Positions 12,353 to 22,710 of a DNA stretch of 64,000 nt are shown here, piece by piece; the stretch's first letter is position 1, and the number at the start of each line of letters is the position of its first letter. The notes under the pieces were generated by a model. That model was given only the letters and a program-made list of their open reading frames with translations, was not told where the DNA came from and made no database searches. The translations under genes and the position numbers were made by a program. The stretch is taken from contig JBGATO010000002.1 in assembly GCA_044229145.1 (NCBI GenBank), positions 1 to 64,000 of the forward strand, read 5' to 3'. The DNA comes from Candidatus Eiseniibacteriota bacterium (GTDB taxonomy: Bacteria; Eisenbacteria; RBG-16-71-46; CAZEPH01).

Positions 12353-12913
12353 ATGACCCCATTCATGTCGTTGCTCCTGCCCGTCGCTGTATCCGCCGTC
12401 GCCGTGTTCGTGCTGTCGATGATCGTGCACATGACGCCGTGGCATCGCGGCGATCACGCGCGGCTGCCGGACGAGGAGGGCGTGATGAACGCGCTGCGTC
12501 CCTTCGCACTGCCGCCGGGCGATTACACGACGCCGCACCCGGGCACCGGCGAGTACATGAAGTCGCCGGAGTACGATGCGAAGCGCGCGGCGGGGCCGGT
12601 GCTGTTCCTCACCGTGCTGCCGAATGGGCCGTGGAACTTCGGCCAGTTGCTCGGGAGTTGGTTCGCGTTCGTGCTCGTGGCGGCGGCGATCGTGGCGTGC
12701 GTTGTCGGGACGATCATGCCGCCCGGCGGCAGCGGCCACGCCGTGTTCCACCACACGGCGGTGATCACCTTCCTGAGTTACGCGATGGGCGCGTTCCCGC
12801 AGTCGGTGTGGTACGGCCGCAAGTGGTCGACCTCCTGGCGCTACGCGGGCGATGCGTTGCTCTACGCCCTGGCGACCGGGGCGATCTTTTCGGCGATGTG
12901 GCCGAAGGCCTAG
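12353..12913 (+). CDS. Hypothetical membrane protein (about 4 TM)
   Basis: GGAGG RBS; hydrophobic segments; typical codon usage. Confidence 0.72.
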   Translation: MTPFMSLLLPVAVSAVAVFVLSMIVHMTPWHRGDHARLPDEEGVMNALRPFALPPGDYTTPHPGTGEYMKSPEYDAKRAAGPVLFLTVLPNGPWNFGQLLGSWFAFVLVAAAIVACVVGTIMPPGGSGHAVFHHTAVITFLSYAMGAFPQSVWYGRKWSTSWRYAGDALLYALATGAIFSAMWPKA

Positions 12914-13081
12914 CATCGCGCGTCGGGCTCGCGTTTCGGCGCGTGGGATTTCTTGGCCCCCGCGGCGGCCCGAATGCGTGGATACTCGTGAAGGTCCTCT
13001 CGGACCGATCTGCGCCTCCGTCCGTCCGCCCGGTCTCGGACCGATGCTGGCTTGCGGCCACCCCCGAACGAAAGGACCGCG

Positions 13082-14038
13082 ATGAGCCCTCGCCGCCTCA
13101 CCTTTGCCCTGCCGCTCTTGCTCCTTGCGCCGTGTGCGCCGCACGCCGCCGAGTCGGTGTGGACCGCGGGGTCCGGCCTGGTGCCGGAATCGGCGTGTCC
13201 TGCGTGGACGGCGGGCGGAAGCGGATCCTCGTTGCTCGACCAAGGGAGCCTGCTCATCCAGACGAATTCCTGCGGCGACAACCGCTACTACCTTCAGGAA
13301 GCGCCCGACATCGCGATTCCCGACACCCTGATCGTCGAGGCGCAACTCTCGGTGAGCCAGTCGAATGAATGCGTCGGACCGTGCGGCCATTATCGTGGCG
13401 CCGCGGCGATCGCCGTGACCACGGCGCCGTTCGTGGGCACGCTGGCGTTCGTCGCCAACAACGAGGTCATGCTGGTGTCGGACGCCGGCTGCCATCCCGC
13501 GCAGGTTGCATCGGCGGCCACCGGGACGACGCGCACGTACACGCTCCGGATCGTGGGCGGTTCCGCGGTGACGCTCTCGGTCGACGGCGTCGTCGTGCTC
13601 TCGGGCAATACGTACGCGTCGGCGTCCGACCACGCGGAAGTGCCGCGCATCCTGTGGGGCGAAGGATCGTCTCTGACGTACGGGACTGAGCGCTGGTCAT
13701 CGGTGCGGCACAACGCGCATGCGACGGGGTGCGTGCCGGCATCCGTGGTTGCCGGCGGGGCGGGAATCCGCGAGGCGTGGGCGTCGCCGAATCCGTTCCG
13801 CGGCGCGACGATGCTGACCTATGCGGCGTCGCGGGCGGCGACGGTACGGCTGGAAATTCTCGATGCGGCCGGCCGCTTGGTGCGTCACTTCGAGGACGCC
13901 GCACCCGCTCCGGGACGCCGGGCGGTCGCGTGGGATGGCCGCGATGATCAAGGCCGGGCGGCCGAAGCGGGTGTCTACGCCTACCGCGTGACCGGCGGCG
14001 CGGTGGCCCAGCAGGGGAGGCTCGTGAAGCTGCGGTAG
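13082..14038 (+). CDS. Secreted protein with C-terminal FlgD-Ig/T9SS-A-like domain
   Basis: Signal peptide; SPNPF...ILDAAGRLVR...WDGRDDQG...GVY...RLVKLR. Confidence 0.8.
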   Translation: MSPRRLTFALPLLLLAPCAPHAAESVWTAGSGLVPESACPAWTAGGSGSSLLDQGSLLIQTNSCGDNRYYLQEAPDIAIPDTLIVEAQLSVSQSNECVGPCGHYRGAAAIAVTTAPFVGTLAFVANNEVMLVSDAGCHPAQVASAATGTTRTYTLRIVGGSAVTLSVDGVVVLSGNTYASASDHAEVPRILWGEGSSLTYGTERWSSVRHNAHATGCVPASVVAGGAGIREAWASPNPFRGATMLTYAASRAATVRLEILDAAGRLVRHFEDAAPAPGRRAVAWDGRDDQGRAAEAGVYAYRVTGGAVAQQGRLVKLR

Positions 14039-14096
14039 GAATCGCGGTGAGTGGCCCGGCGCGCGAGTGGCATCCACGCGCCGGGCCACTCTTGCC

Positions 14097-15719
14097 TTAT
14101 CGCGTCGCGAATACGAATCGGGTCCGCGAGCCATCGCCGCGGCGCGCGAAGTACACGCCCGGCGATGCGTGCCGGCCGTTCGCCGTCTCGCCGCGCCAGG
14201 TGGCCGATGCACCGTTCGCCGTGACCTGCGCCACGGCGCCACCGCGCACGTCGACGATGTCGATCGTCTCGTGGCTGCCGGCCGCCGCGCCGAGGACGAA
14301 TCGCACCACGCCGTCGGCGACGTGCGCGAAGATGCCGGGCGCGCTTCCGTCGCTCGGTGCGCCGATGCCGGTCGCGCCGTAGAGTGCCGTCATCGACAAG
14401 CTGACCGTCTCCTGCGAGAACCGCAGACGCAGCGGGAATGCGGTCGGTGACGCGGGATCGACACCGGGCTGCAAGCCCGACACGCGGAAGCTGGTCACGC
14501 CGGAGTAACCTGGTCCGCTTACCAACGCGCCCCCGAGTTGCGCCGCGTAGTCGGCAAATGTCACCGACTGTCCCGCTGTGAATGTCCCGAGCGTGACGTT
14601 GTCCACCGACACCGTGAACGGCCCGCTCACCGTCGTCGGGAACGCATCGATGGCCGTGCACACGGTGCCGCCGGTCATCGCGTAGTCGTAGCCGGTGGCG
14701 AGCGGCGGGTCGATCCAGCCCGCGCCGCCCTTGCAGTGCGCGCCGCTGATCGTCCAGGCGCCGTTGAAGCCGGTGGGGATGATCGGCGAGTTCATGAACG
14801 CGCCGACGTCCTGGTAGTGCCACACGTCGAAGATGCCTTGGTATTCCAACTCTTGGTGTAAGACATAGAAGTGGCCCATAGAGTCGGCTGCGACGGAGCC
14901 GTTTTCCGTGGACGAGTTCAGCGTGGTGTTGCCGACGTACACGCTCCACTCCAGCGAGCCGTCGAGCCGCATGCGGCTGACGTAGTCGTCCTGCGTTCCC
15001 CCCACGTCCTCGGTGAGCACCAAGAAGCCGCTCGAACCGGTGGGCGAGAGGTTGTAGATGTAGCCAGGTGTCTCGATGTACGTCGTGCTGCTCCCGTACA
15101 TGTCGACCCGCGAGTTGGTGCTCATCCAGGAGGTGACCGCGACCGTGCCGTCGCGGAGGACGGCGATGTCGAGGGTGGCCCAATAGCCCAAGATTCCGGC
15201 TGCATCCACGAACCAACTGCCTGTGAAGCCGCCTCCGCTAGCGCCGTAGTGGCCGACTTCGCCCATCCACGAACACAGGTAGATGTCGCCATCCGGCGCG
15301 ACCGACATGGCGACCCAGCCTGCGCTCGTGCTGAGTGTCGTCGTGCCGACGGGTGTGCCGTCAAGCGCGAAGTACTCCAATTCCGCCAGGTTGCGATCGA
15401 ACACCACGACCAAGCTGTCCGGCCCGATGCCGATCGACGTCGGGTAGGCGTTGACGTCGGTGCTCGTCGTCCAGGTGGCGATCGCGGTGCCGCTGGAGTC
15501 GTACACCCCCGCGGTCTTGGCGCTGGCCGAGCAGAACAGCAGGCGGCCGCCCGGCAGTGCGACCATGTCGGTGTGCTGCGGCTGGTCGAACGTGTAGTGC
15601 GGGAGTGGGAACGAGTTGATGAAGACTGGCGCGTCCGCGAGGGCGGGGCGCGCGAAGGCGCCGAGCAGCAAGACGGACAACGACGCCAACGCGGCGCGCC
15701 AGGACAGGGTGCGATGCAT
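14097..15719 (-). CDS. Secreted NHL/beta-propeller-like protein with a degenerate FlgD-like C-terminal domain
   Basis: Signal peptide ALA-D; repeated blades (IGIGPD, VAPDGDIY, IAVLRDG); VDVRG...WRGETANG...PGVYF. Confidence 0.72.
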   Translation of the reverse strand: MHRTLSWRAALASLSVLLLGAFARPALADAPVFINSFPLPHYTFDQPQHTDMVALPGGRLLFCSASAKTAGVYDSSGTAIATWTTSTDVNAYPTSIGIGPDSLVVVFDRNLAELEYFALDGTPVGTTTLSTSAGWVAMSVAPDGDIYLCSWMGEVGHYGASGGGFTGSWFVDAAGILGYWATLDIAVLRDGTVAVTSWMSTNSRVDMYGSSTTYIETPGYIYNLSPTGSSGFLVLTEDVGGTQDDYVSRMRLDGSLEWSVYVGNTTLNSSTENGSVAADSMGHFYVLHQELEYQGIFDVWHYQDVGAFMNSPIIPTGFNGAWTISGAHCKGGAGWIDPPLATGYDYAMTGGTVCTAIDAFPTTVSGPFTVSVDNVTLGTFTAGQSVTFADYAAQLGGALVSGPGYSGVTSFRVSGLQPGVDPASPTAFPLRLRFSQETVSLSMTALYGATGIGAPSDGSAPGIFAHVADGVVRFVLGAAAGSHETIDIVDVRGGAVAQVTANGASATWRGETANGRHASPGVYFARRGDGSRTRFVFATR

Positions 15720-15898
15720 GATGAACCTCGTGGGTGGTGTGAGGAGGCCTGGGGTGGCGTGGCGTGTTCACCAAGAGTAAAAACCCACGGGCGCCTTGTC
15801 GACGAAAAAGCTGATCCATACGCGTTTCCGCCAGCCGCCGGACCGATCCCGCGGCCCCGCTTGACGAGGGCGCCCCCAGCCCCGAGGATCGCGCGCCT

Positions 15899-16435
15899 AT
15901 GGACTCCGCTCCCAGCGTCTTCCTCCGCCTGACGGTCAACGGCGAACCGCGCCAGGTCGCCATCGCCCCGCACACCACGCTCCTCGACGCCTTGCGCGGC
16001 GAGATGCGGCTCACCGGCTCCAAGCAAGGCTGCGACAAGGGCGATTGCGGCGCCTGCACGGTGCTGCTCGATGGGCAGCCGGTACTCGCCTGTATCACGC
16101 TCGCCCTGATGGCCGATGGTCGCGAGGTGATCACCGTCGAAGGGCTGGCCGAGCGCGGCCGGCTGCATCCGCTGCAGGATGCCTTCGACGCGTGCGGCGG
16201 CGCGCAGTGCGGGTTTTGCACGCCGGGTATGTTGATGAGCGCCTCGTCGCTGCTGGAGCGCACGCTCAACCCGACGCGCGCCGAGATCGCCCAGGCGCTC
16301 AGCGGCAACCTCTGCCGCTGCACCGGCTACACCAAGATCTACGATTCGGTCGAACGCGCGGCGGCGGAGATGCGCGCGGCAGAGCGCGCGGCCACCGCGA
16401 CCGAGTTCGTCGACGCGCCGGAGGAGGCGCGCTGA
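15899..16435 (+). CDS. hcrC: Two-[2Fe-2S] subunit, xanthine dehydrogenase family (HcrC-like)
   Basis: GCDKGDCGACTV...C; QCGFCTPG; NLCRCTGY. Confidence 0.85.
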   Translation: MDSAPSVFLRLTVNGEPRQVAIAPHTTLLDALRGEMRLTGSKQGCDKGDCGACTVLLDGQPVLACITLALMADGREVITVEGLAERGRLHPLQDAFDACGGAQCGFCTPGMLMSASSLLERTLNPTRAEIAQALSGNLCRCTGYTKIYDSVERAAAEMRAAERAATATEFVDAPEEAR

Positions 16436-19101
16436 TGGCGGGGCCGAAGCCGGATCGCTCGAAGGGCCGCAATCTGACACAGGCCGACATCGGGCGCGGC
16501 GCGCAGGGCGGCGAGTACATTCGCGACGTCGCGCACGGCGCGACCAACGGCGACGATCCGGTGGCGCAGGCCGCCGCGGTGCTCGCTGCCGGTGGGCCGC
16601 CGGCGCCGGCCGACGCGCCGCCGCCGGTGTATTCGCCGGCCGCGTTGCCGGGCGATGTCGTCGTCGCGCCCGACGAAGTGCGCAAGGGCGACCGCCTGAC
16701 GCCGCCGGTGTGGCCGGGCGGCCGCCGCGGCGCGCCGAATCCCGACGCCGCGTTCCGCGTGGTCGGCGGCCGCAATCGCAAAATCGAAGGCCACGCCAAG
16801 GTCACCGGCCGCGCCGTCTACGCCGACGACATCGTGTTGCCGCGCATGCTGCACGCGAAGCTGCTGCGCTCGGTGCACGCGCACGCGCGGATCGTCGGCA
16901 TCGACGCGAGCGAGGCCCTGGCGATGCCCGGCGTTCACGCGGTCATCACCGGCAAGGATCTGCCCGGCTACTTCGGCATCATCCCGTGGACGCAGGACGA
17001 GCAGCCGCTGTGCGAGACGAAGGCGCGCTACGTCGGCGACGCGATCGCCGCGGTGGCCGCGGAATCGGAGTTGCTCGCCGAGGAAGCGCTGCTGAAGATC
17101 CGCGTCGAGTACGAGGTGCTGCCGGCGGTGACCTCGATCGACGATGCCCTCGAGCATCCCGACTGGGTCGTCAACGAGAAGGCGAAGAAGGGCAACGTCA
17201 GCAAGCACGTGCTGCTCGAGTTCGGCGACGTCGAGGCGGCGCTCGCTGCGAGCGACGCGGTGGTCGAGAGCGAGTACTTCTACGCCGGCTCGACGCACGC
17301 ACCCATCGAGCCGCACTGCTGCATCGCCGACTTCGACGCCAGCGGTTTCCTCACGCTGCATTCGTCGACGCAGGTCGCGCACTACTTGCACCGCGAGCTG
17401 GCGCGCGTGCTCGAGTTGCCGACGCAGCGCATCCGCGTGATCCAGCCGACGGTCGGCGGCGCGTTCGGCGGCAAGAGTGAACCGTTCTCGCTCGAGTTCT
17501 GCGCCGCGAAGCTGTCGATGGTGACCGGACGACCGGTGAAGATCCTCTACACGCGCGAGGAAGTGTTCTACGCGCACCGCGGCCGCCATCCGATGCGCAT
17601 GCGGCAACGCACCGGCATTCGCCGCGACGGCACGCTCACCGGCCACGACACGGTGACGCACATCGATGGCGGCGCGTATTCGAGCTTCGGGCTCGTCACC
17701 ACTTACTACAGCGGCCAGCTGGTGACCGCGCCGTACGGCATGGAGGCGTACCGCTTCGACTCGACGCGCTTCTACACCAACAAACCGTGCTGCGGTCCGA
17801 AGCGCGGGCACGGCAGCGTGCAGCCGCGATTCGCGTTCGAATGCCAGATCGACAAGCTCGCCGAGGCGATCGGCATGGACCCGGTGGCGGTGCGGCGGCG
17901 CAATTTCGTTGGGGAAGGGACGCGCACCGTCAACGGCATGCGCGTGACGTCGAACGGCTTCCTGCAGTGTCTCGACATGGTGACCGCGGCGTCGCAGTGG
18001 AAGCGCAAGTTCCGCCGGCTGCCGTACGGGCGTGGCATCGGCATCGCCGGCTCGTGTTACATCAGCGGCACCAACTACTCGATCTATCCCGCCGAGATGC
18101 CGCAGTCGGGCGTGCAGCTGCAACTCGATCGCAGCGGCCGCGCGACGGTGTTCTGCGGGTCGAGCGACATCGGGCAGGGCAGCGACTCGGTGCTGGCGTA
18201 CATCGTCGCCGAGGAGCTCGGGCTCGACCTGCGCGACATTCGCGTCGTCGCGGCGGACACCGATCTCACGCCGGTGGACCTCGGCTCGTATTCGTCGCGC
18301 GAGACGTTCATGACCGGCAACGCCTGTCTCGATGCCGCGAAGCAGTTGCGCGAGAAGATCGCCGGCGTGCTCGCGGCACAGTGGGACTGCGCGCCGTCGC
18401 AGGTGGTGCTCGCGCAGGGCGTCGCCTGTTCGACGCGCGACCCGCAACGCGAATGCATGCCGATCAAGCACGCGTTCCAGCTCGCCGAGGCGAAGCACGG
18501 CACACTCGGCAGCGTCGGCTGGTATCAGACGCCGTATCTCGGGGGCGACTATCGCGGCGGCACCATCGGCGCGTCACCCGCGTACTCGTTCACCGCGACG
18601 GTGGCCGAAGTCGAGTGCGATCCCGAGACCGGCTTCGTCCGTGTCACCAACATGTGGGCCGCGCACGACTGCGGCCGCGCGCTCAATCCGGTGAGCGTCG
18701 AAGGTCAGGTCGAAGGCAGCGCGTACATGGGTTTCGGCGAGGCGATCCTCGAAGAGATGGCATACAAGCCGGCGGCACCGGGCCATGGGCCGGGCCTGCA
18801 CCACGGACCGTCGCTGCTCGATTACAAGATTCCCACCACGCTCGACACGCCGGACATCCAGGCGATCGTCGTCGAGTCGCTCGATCCTGAAGGGCCGTAC
18901 GGCGCGAAGGAAGCCGGCGAAGGGCCGCTGCATCCGAGCGTCCCGGCAATCGCCAACGCGATCTACGATGCGCTCGGCATTCGCTGCGACGCGTTGCCGT
19001 TCGCGCCGGCGCGCGTGCTCAGGCAGCTGCGGGCGAGTGACGCGCGGGCGCAGTGGCAACGCGCACGCGCGCAAGTCGAGGAGGGCGCGTCATCATGCTG
19101 A
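16435..19101 (+). CDS. hcrA: Molybdopterin-binding subunit, 4-hydroxybenzoyl-CoA reductase alpha-like
   Basis: GGAFGGK, HRGRHP, KRGHG, DIGQGS, YSSRET, RGGTIGASPAY, GAKEAGEG; TGATG coupling. Confidence 0.8.
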   Translation: MAGPKPDRSKGRNLTQADIGRGAQGGEYIRDVAHGATNGDDPVAQAAAVLAAGGPPAPADAPPPVYSPAALPGDVVVAPDEVRKGDRLTPPVWPGGRRGAPNPDAAFRVVGGRNRKIEGHAKVTGRAVYADDIVLPRMLHAKLLRSVHAHARIVGIDASEALAMPGVHAVITGKDLPGYFGIIPWTQDEQPLCETKARYVGDAIAAVAAESELLAEEALLKIRVEYEVLPAVTSIDDALEHPDWVVNEKAKKGNVSKHVLLEFGDVEAALAASDAVVESEYFYAGSTHAPIEPHCCIADFDASGFLTLHSSTQVAHYLHRELARVLELPTQRIRVIQPTVGGAFGGKSEPFSLEFCAAKLSMVTGRPVKILYTREEVFYAHRGRHPMRMRQRTGIRRDGTLTGHDTVTHIDGGAYSSFGLVTTYYSGQLVTAPYGMEAYRFDSTRFYTNKPCCGPKRGHGSVQPRFAFECQIDKLAEAIGMDPVAVRRRNFVGEGTRTVNGMRVTSNGFLQCLDMVTAASQWKRKFRRLPYGRGIGIAGSCYISGTNYSIYPAEMPQSGVQLQLDRSGRATVFCGSSDIGQGSDSVLAYIVAEELGLDLRDIRVVAADTDLTPVDLGSYSSRETFMTGNACLDAAKQLREKIAGVLAAQWDCAPSQVVLAQGVACSTRDPQRECMPIKHAFQLAEAKHGTLGSVGWYQTPYLGGDYRGGTIGASPAYSFTATVAEVECDPETGFVRVTNMWAAHDCGRALNPVSVEGQVEGSAYMGFGEAILEEMAYKPAAPGHGPGLHHGPSLLDYKIPTTLDTPDIQAIVVESLDPEGPYGAKEAGEGPLHPSVPAIANAIYDALGIRCDALPFAPARVLRQLRASDARAQWQRARAQVEEGASSC

Positions 19102-20114
19102 CGTTGCCGCGTTTCCAATGGGTGAAGCCGCGCACCGTCGGCGAGATTCGCGCGTTCATGGCGTCGCATGCCGACAGCGCGATGTACGTCGCCGGCGGCA
19201 CCGACGTCGTGCCGAACATGAAGCACCGCTTGCACGAGCCGCGCTTCCTGGTGTGGCTCGGCGGCGTCGAAGAACTGCGGTACGTCGAGGACGATGCCGA
19301 CGGCTTGCACCTCGGACCGCTGGTGACGCTGCGCGAGATCGCCACGCATCCGGTGGTGCTGCGCGATTTCCCGTCGCTGGCGTTCGCGGCGTCGCAGGTG
19401 GCATCGCCGCAGATTCGCAACATGGGCACGCTCGGCGGCAACCTGTGCCTCGACACGCGCTGCACCTACTACAACGAGACGCATTTCTGGCGCGCATCGC
19501 TCGGGTACTGCTTGAAGAAGAGCGGCACCGTGTGTCACGTGGTGCCCACCGGCCGCAAATGCGTCGCCGCGCATTCGAGCGATGTCGCGCCCGTGCTGAT
19601 CTCGCTCGGCGCGACGGTGGAGTACTCGGCGCGCAGCGGCCGCCACACGATTCCGGTCGAAGACTTCTTCGTGGCCGACGGTGTGCACAACAACGTCCTG
19701 CGCAGCGGCGATCTGGTCACCAAGATCCACATTCCCGCGCGTTCGCGCGGCCTGCGGGCGGCCTACGCCAAGCTGCGGCCGCGCGGTGCCATCGACTTCC
19801 CGATGCTGTCGGTGGCGTTCGCCGGCAGTCTGACGTCGATGGGCGTCGACTACGCGCGTCTGGTGGTGAGCGCGCTCGCCGCCAAGCCGCGCATCATCAG
19901 CGGCGTCAACGCACTCTTGCACGACGCGACGCTCGACGACGCGGTATTCGACGAGGTTGCGCAGGCGGCCTACAAGCAATGCCATCCGATGCCGAACATC
20001 CCGGCGGATCCTGAGTGGCGGCGCGAGATGGTGCCGGTGCTGACGAAGCGCGTGCTGCGCGAGGCGCTCGGCGATGTGCGGTCGGACGAACTCTACGACG
20101 ACGTCGACGAGTAG
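19095..20114 (+). CDS. hcrB: FAD-binding subunit with extra [4Fe-4S] insertion (HcrB-like)
   Basis: AGGTD, IRNMGTLGGN, DTRCTYYN...YCLKKSGTVCHV...KC insertion. Confidence 0.82.
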   Translation: MLTLPRFQWVKPRTVGEIRAFMASHADSAMYVAGGTDVVPNMKHRLHEPRFLVWLGGVEELRYVEDDADGLHLGPLVTLREIATHPVVLRDFPSLAFAASQVASPQIRNMGTLGGNLCLDTRCTYYNETHFWRASLGYCLKKSGTVCHVVPTGRKCVAAHSSDVAPVLISLGATVEYSARSGRHTIPVEDFFVADGVHNNVLRSGDLVTKIHIPARSRGLRAAYAKLRPRGAIDFPMLSVAFAGSLTSMGVDYARLVVSALAAKPRIISGVNALLHDATLDDAVFDEVAQAAYKQCHPMPNIPADPEWRREMVPVLTKRVLREALGDVRSDELYDDVDE

Positions 20115-20132
20115 GCTCCGCGCTTGGGGGGT

Positions 20133-20570
20133 ATGACGATGTTCTTCGTGCTCTTGCTGTTGACGCTCGGCGTGGCGCTCGGCACCGCGGCGGTCGTGGT
20201 GCGTTTCTTCACCAAGCCGATCCGCCAGATCCTCGACCGCATCATCGGCGAGGACATCGCGGCGGGTTGGCACCAGTTCTTGCAGTTCGCGGTCTACGTG
20301 GTCGGCGTGTCGGCCGGCGTGCAGATTTGGAAGTTGGAGCAATACCTCCATCCGCAGCCCGGCCCCAAGGGCGACGTGCAGCCGCTCACGCTCGACGCGG
20401 CGTCGATCGGCCTCGAAGTCTACCGCACGATCATCAGCGTGTTGCAGGGCGTGGCGTGGGCGCTGCTGGTGTTTTTCGTGGTCGCGTTGGTGGCGTTCGC
20501 GATCATCAAGCGCGGGGAGTTGCGGCCCCCGGCGCGCCGGGCGGGGCCGGAGGAAAACTCGCCGCGCTGA
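20133..20570 (+). CDS. Small membrane protein (3 TM)
   Basis: Three hydrophobic segments; follows hcrB. Confidence 0.68.
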   Translation: MTMFFVLLLLTLGVALGTAAVVVRFFTKPIRQILDRIIGEDIAAGWHQFLQFAVYVVGVSAGVQIWKLEQYLHPQPGPKGDVQPLTLDAASIGLEVYRTIISVLQGVAWALLVFFVVALVAFAIIKRGELRPPARRAGPEENSPR

Positions 20571-21231
20571 TCCCGCCGGCTTCCGCGAGTTCGCCCGCCG
20601 GCACCGCGCGCAGGCCGCGCGCCGTCGCCTCGCGCAGGATGGTGTCGAGTGCTGCGATGGTTTGGCCGCGGTCGAAGTCGCGATGCGCGCTGCTGTCGTG
20701 CAAGATGAGGATCGAACCGCCGCGCAGGCGCGGCACCACGCGCCGGACGATGCGCTCGACACCGGGCCGCTGCGGATCCTCGGGATAGATGTCGCCGAGC
20801 ACCGGCAGGTAGCCGCGTGCCCGCAGCAATCGCGACAGTCCAGGCGTCAAGACGCCGAACGGCGGCCGATAGACGCGCGGCCACACGCCGGCGATGTCGG
20901 CGACGTGGTGCGCTGTGGCGCGCAGGTGACGAATGCTCATGGTGCGCGGCAGGAGCGGCAGCGGAATGTGCGCCTCGCCGTGCAAGCCGATCTCGTGTCC
21001 TTCGTGGACGGCACGCGCCACCACCGAGGGGGCGCGACGCACGTGACGTCCGAGCACGAAGAACGTGGCGCGCGCGCGATGCGCCGCCAGTACATCGAGG
21101 ATCACCGGCGTGTTGCGGGCACTCGGCCCGTCATCGAACGTCACGGCGAAGCGGTCGTCGACGCCGTCGACGCGACAGAGCAGATGGCGGCTGGCCCACT
21201 CCAGAAACGGCGGATAGTGCAGCAGTGTCAT
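20506..21231 (-). CDS. Polysaccharide deacetylase (CE4/NodB)
   Basis: TFDDGP, HEIGLHGEAH, YRPPFG, ILILHD. Confidence 0.88.
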   Translation of the reverse strand: MTLLHYPPFLEWASRHLLCRVDGVDDRFAVTFDDGPSARNTPVILDVLAAHRARATFFVLGRHVRRAPSVVARAVHEGHEIGLHGEAHIPLPLLPRTMSIRHLRATAHHVADIAGVWPRVYRPPFGVLTPGLSRLLRARGYLPVLGDIYPEDPQRPGVERIVRRVVPRLRGGSILILHDSSAHRDFDRGQTIAALDTILREATARGLRAVPAGELAEAGGISAASFPPAPPGAPGAATPRA

Positions 21232-22622
21232 GACGGCCGCTCCTGCGCCGGCGGCAAATCGTGCGCGGCGAGAAAGTCGTCGCGCGCCGCGTCGAGGATC
21301 CGCACCAGCGCCCGGCGCTCCGCGCGCACCCGCGCCACCTGTCGCCGCTTGGTCAACGCCAGCCACGCAAACCACAGGCGATGCCGCTCACGCTTGACCC
21401 AGCGGAAATAGGCGAGGGCGAAGAATCCCAGCGGCACGCACGCGGCGAGCGCCGAGCCGATCTCCTTCGCCGTCCACTGCAATTCGTGCCACGCGTACCA
21501 CCCGAGCGCCAGGTAGGTCAGGGGAAACAGCAACACGCCGAGTACGATGCGGGCGAAAGCGATGTGTGTCGCATCGCCCGCGAACACCTTCGACAGGAAA
21601 CCGGTGACGCGATAGGGCACAATGTGGACGATCGCGCCGGCGAGCGCCGGCAGCAATCCCGCCGTACCCGCAACCAGAAGTCGCGCCGATGTGCGGGCGA
21701 TCAACGCATTCGGCACGCGCAGCCTCACGGTTTGATCGCGCAGATCGAGCGCGGTCAGCCGCCGCTTGTATTGCAGCACGCGTCGCCACACGCGATACAG
21801 CCGCTCGGGATCGCGATCGCCGAAGTACTGCACCGATTCGGCAAGGCCGCGCGACAACATCATCTCCGGCGCGTGCGGCAAATCGGCGCTCAGCTCGTCG
21901 AGATAGATCTGCTCGAGATCGCGCACCAGGCCCGCCATCTCGGCACGCGGCACGTGCAGAATCAACTTCTCGAGTGCCACCTGCATCGACGACGTGAAGC
22001 TGCGCACCGATTCTTCGTCCGCCGCGCCGAGCGCACCGGCGAACTGCTCGAGCGCGAACGGCCGCCCGATCGACAGCACCACATCGCTGCGAAACGCGGT
22101 GCGCGCCACGAAGTGCAAGCCGATCGGCACCACCTGCAAGCGGCCGCTGCGTCCTGGCAGCGCGTCGTAGCCGAGCGCCAGCCGTGCCGCGCCGGTCTTG
22201 AGCCGCTGCACTTGGCGATCGGTCTGACTCGTGCCCTCGGGAAAGATGACCACGACGCCATCGCGATCGAAGAAGTCGTAGCAGGCGCGAAACGTGTCGT
22301 CATTGCGGTGCATCTCGCCGGGTTCGTCTTCGCGGCGATACACCGGCAGCGCGCCCATCACGCGCATCGCCCAGCCGCGGATCGCTGGACGGAAGAGGCC
22401 GCTGTGCGCGAGGAAATGCAGCCGTCGCGGCAATGCGACTCCCAGCAACAGCACGTCGGTGAGCGACGACGGATGGTTGGCGACGATCAACACCGGCCCG
22501 CGTTCCGGCAGCCGTTCGAGATGCGTGACCTCGAGCCGGCCGAAATAGGCGTTCACCGCGGCGGTGCTCGCCAGCTTCACCGCGCGATAGAGGGGCCCGC
22601 TGCCGGTCTCGAGGACATCCAT
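21228..22622 (-). CDS. Glycerolipid acyltransferase (PlsC superfamily) with C-terminal TM region
   Basis: NHPSSLTD, PVYRR, IFPEGTS. Confidence 0.88.
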   Translation of the reverse strand: MDVLETGSGPLYRAVKLASTAAVNAYFGRLEVTHLERLPERGPVLIVANHPSSLTDVLLLGVALPRRLHFLAHSGLFRPAIRGWAMRVMGALPVYRREDEPGEMHRNDDTFRACYDFFDRDGVVVIFPEGTSQTDRQVQRLKTGAARLALGYDALPGRSGRLQVVPIGLHFVARTAFRSDVVLSIGRPFALEQFAGALGAADEESVRSFTSSMQVALEKLILHVPRAEMAGLVRDLEQIYLDELSADLPHAPEMMLSRGLAESVQYFGDRDPERLYRVWRRVLQYKRRLTALDLRDQTVRLRVPNALIARTSARLLVAGTAGLLPALAGAIVHIVPYRVTGFLSKVFAGDATHIAFARIVLGVLLFPLTYLALGWYAWHELQWTAKEIGSALAACVPLGFFALAYFRWVKRERHRLWFAWLALTKRRQVARVRAERRALVRILDAARDDFLAAHDLPPAQERPS

Positions 22623-22710
22623 GCGGCGGAGCATACCATCGCGCGGCGCCGAAGGATGCGCTACCATGCGGCCCCGCGGTCGCCACGCGACCGCAGCCCT
22701 CGGGAGACTC

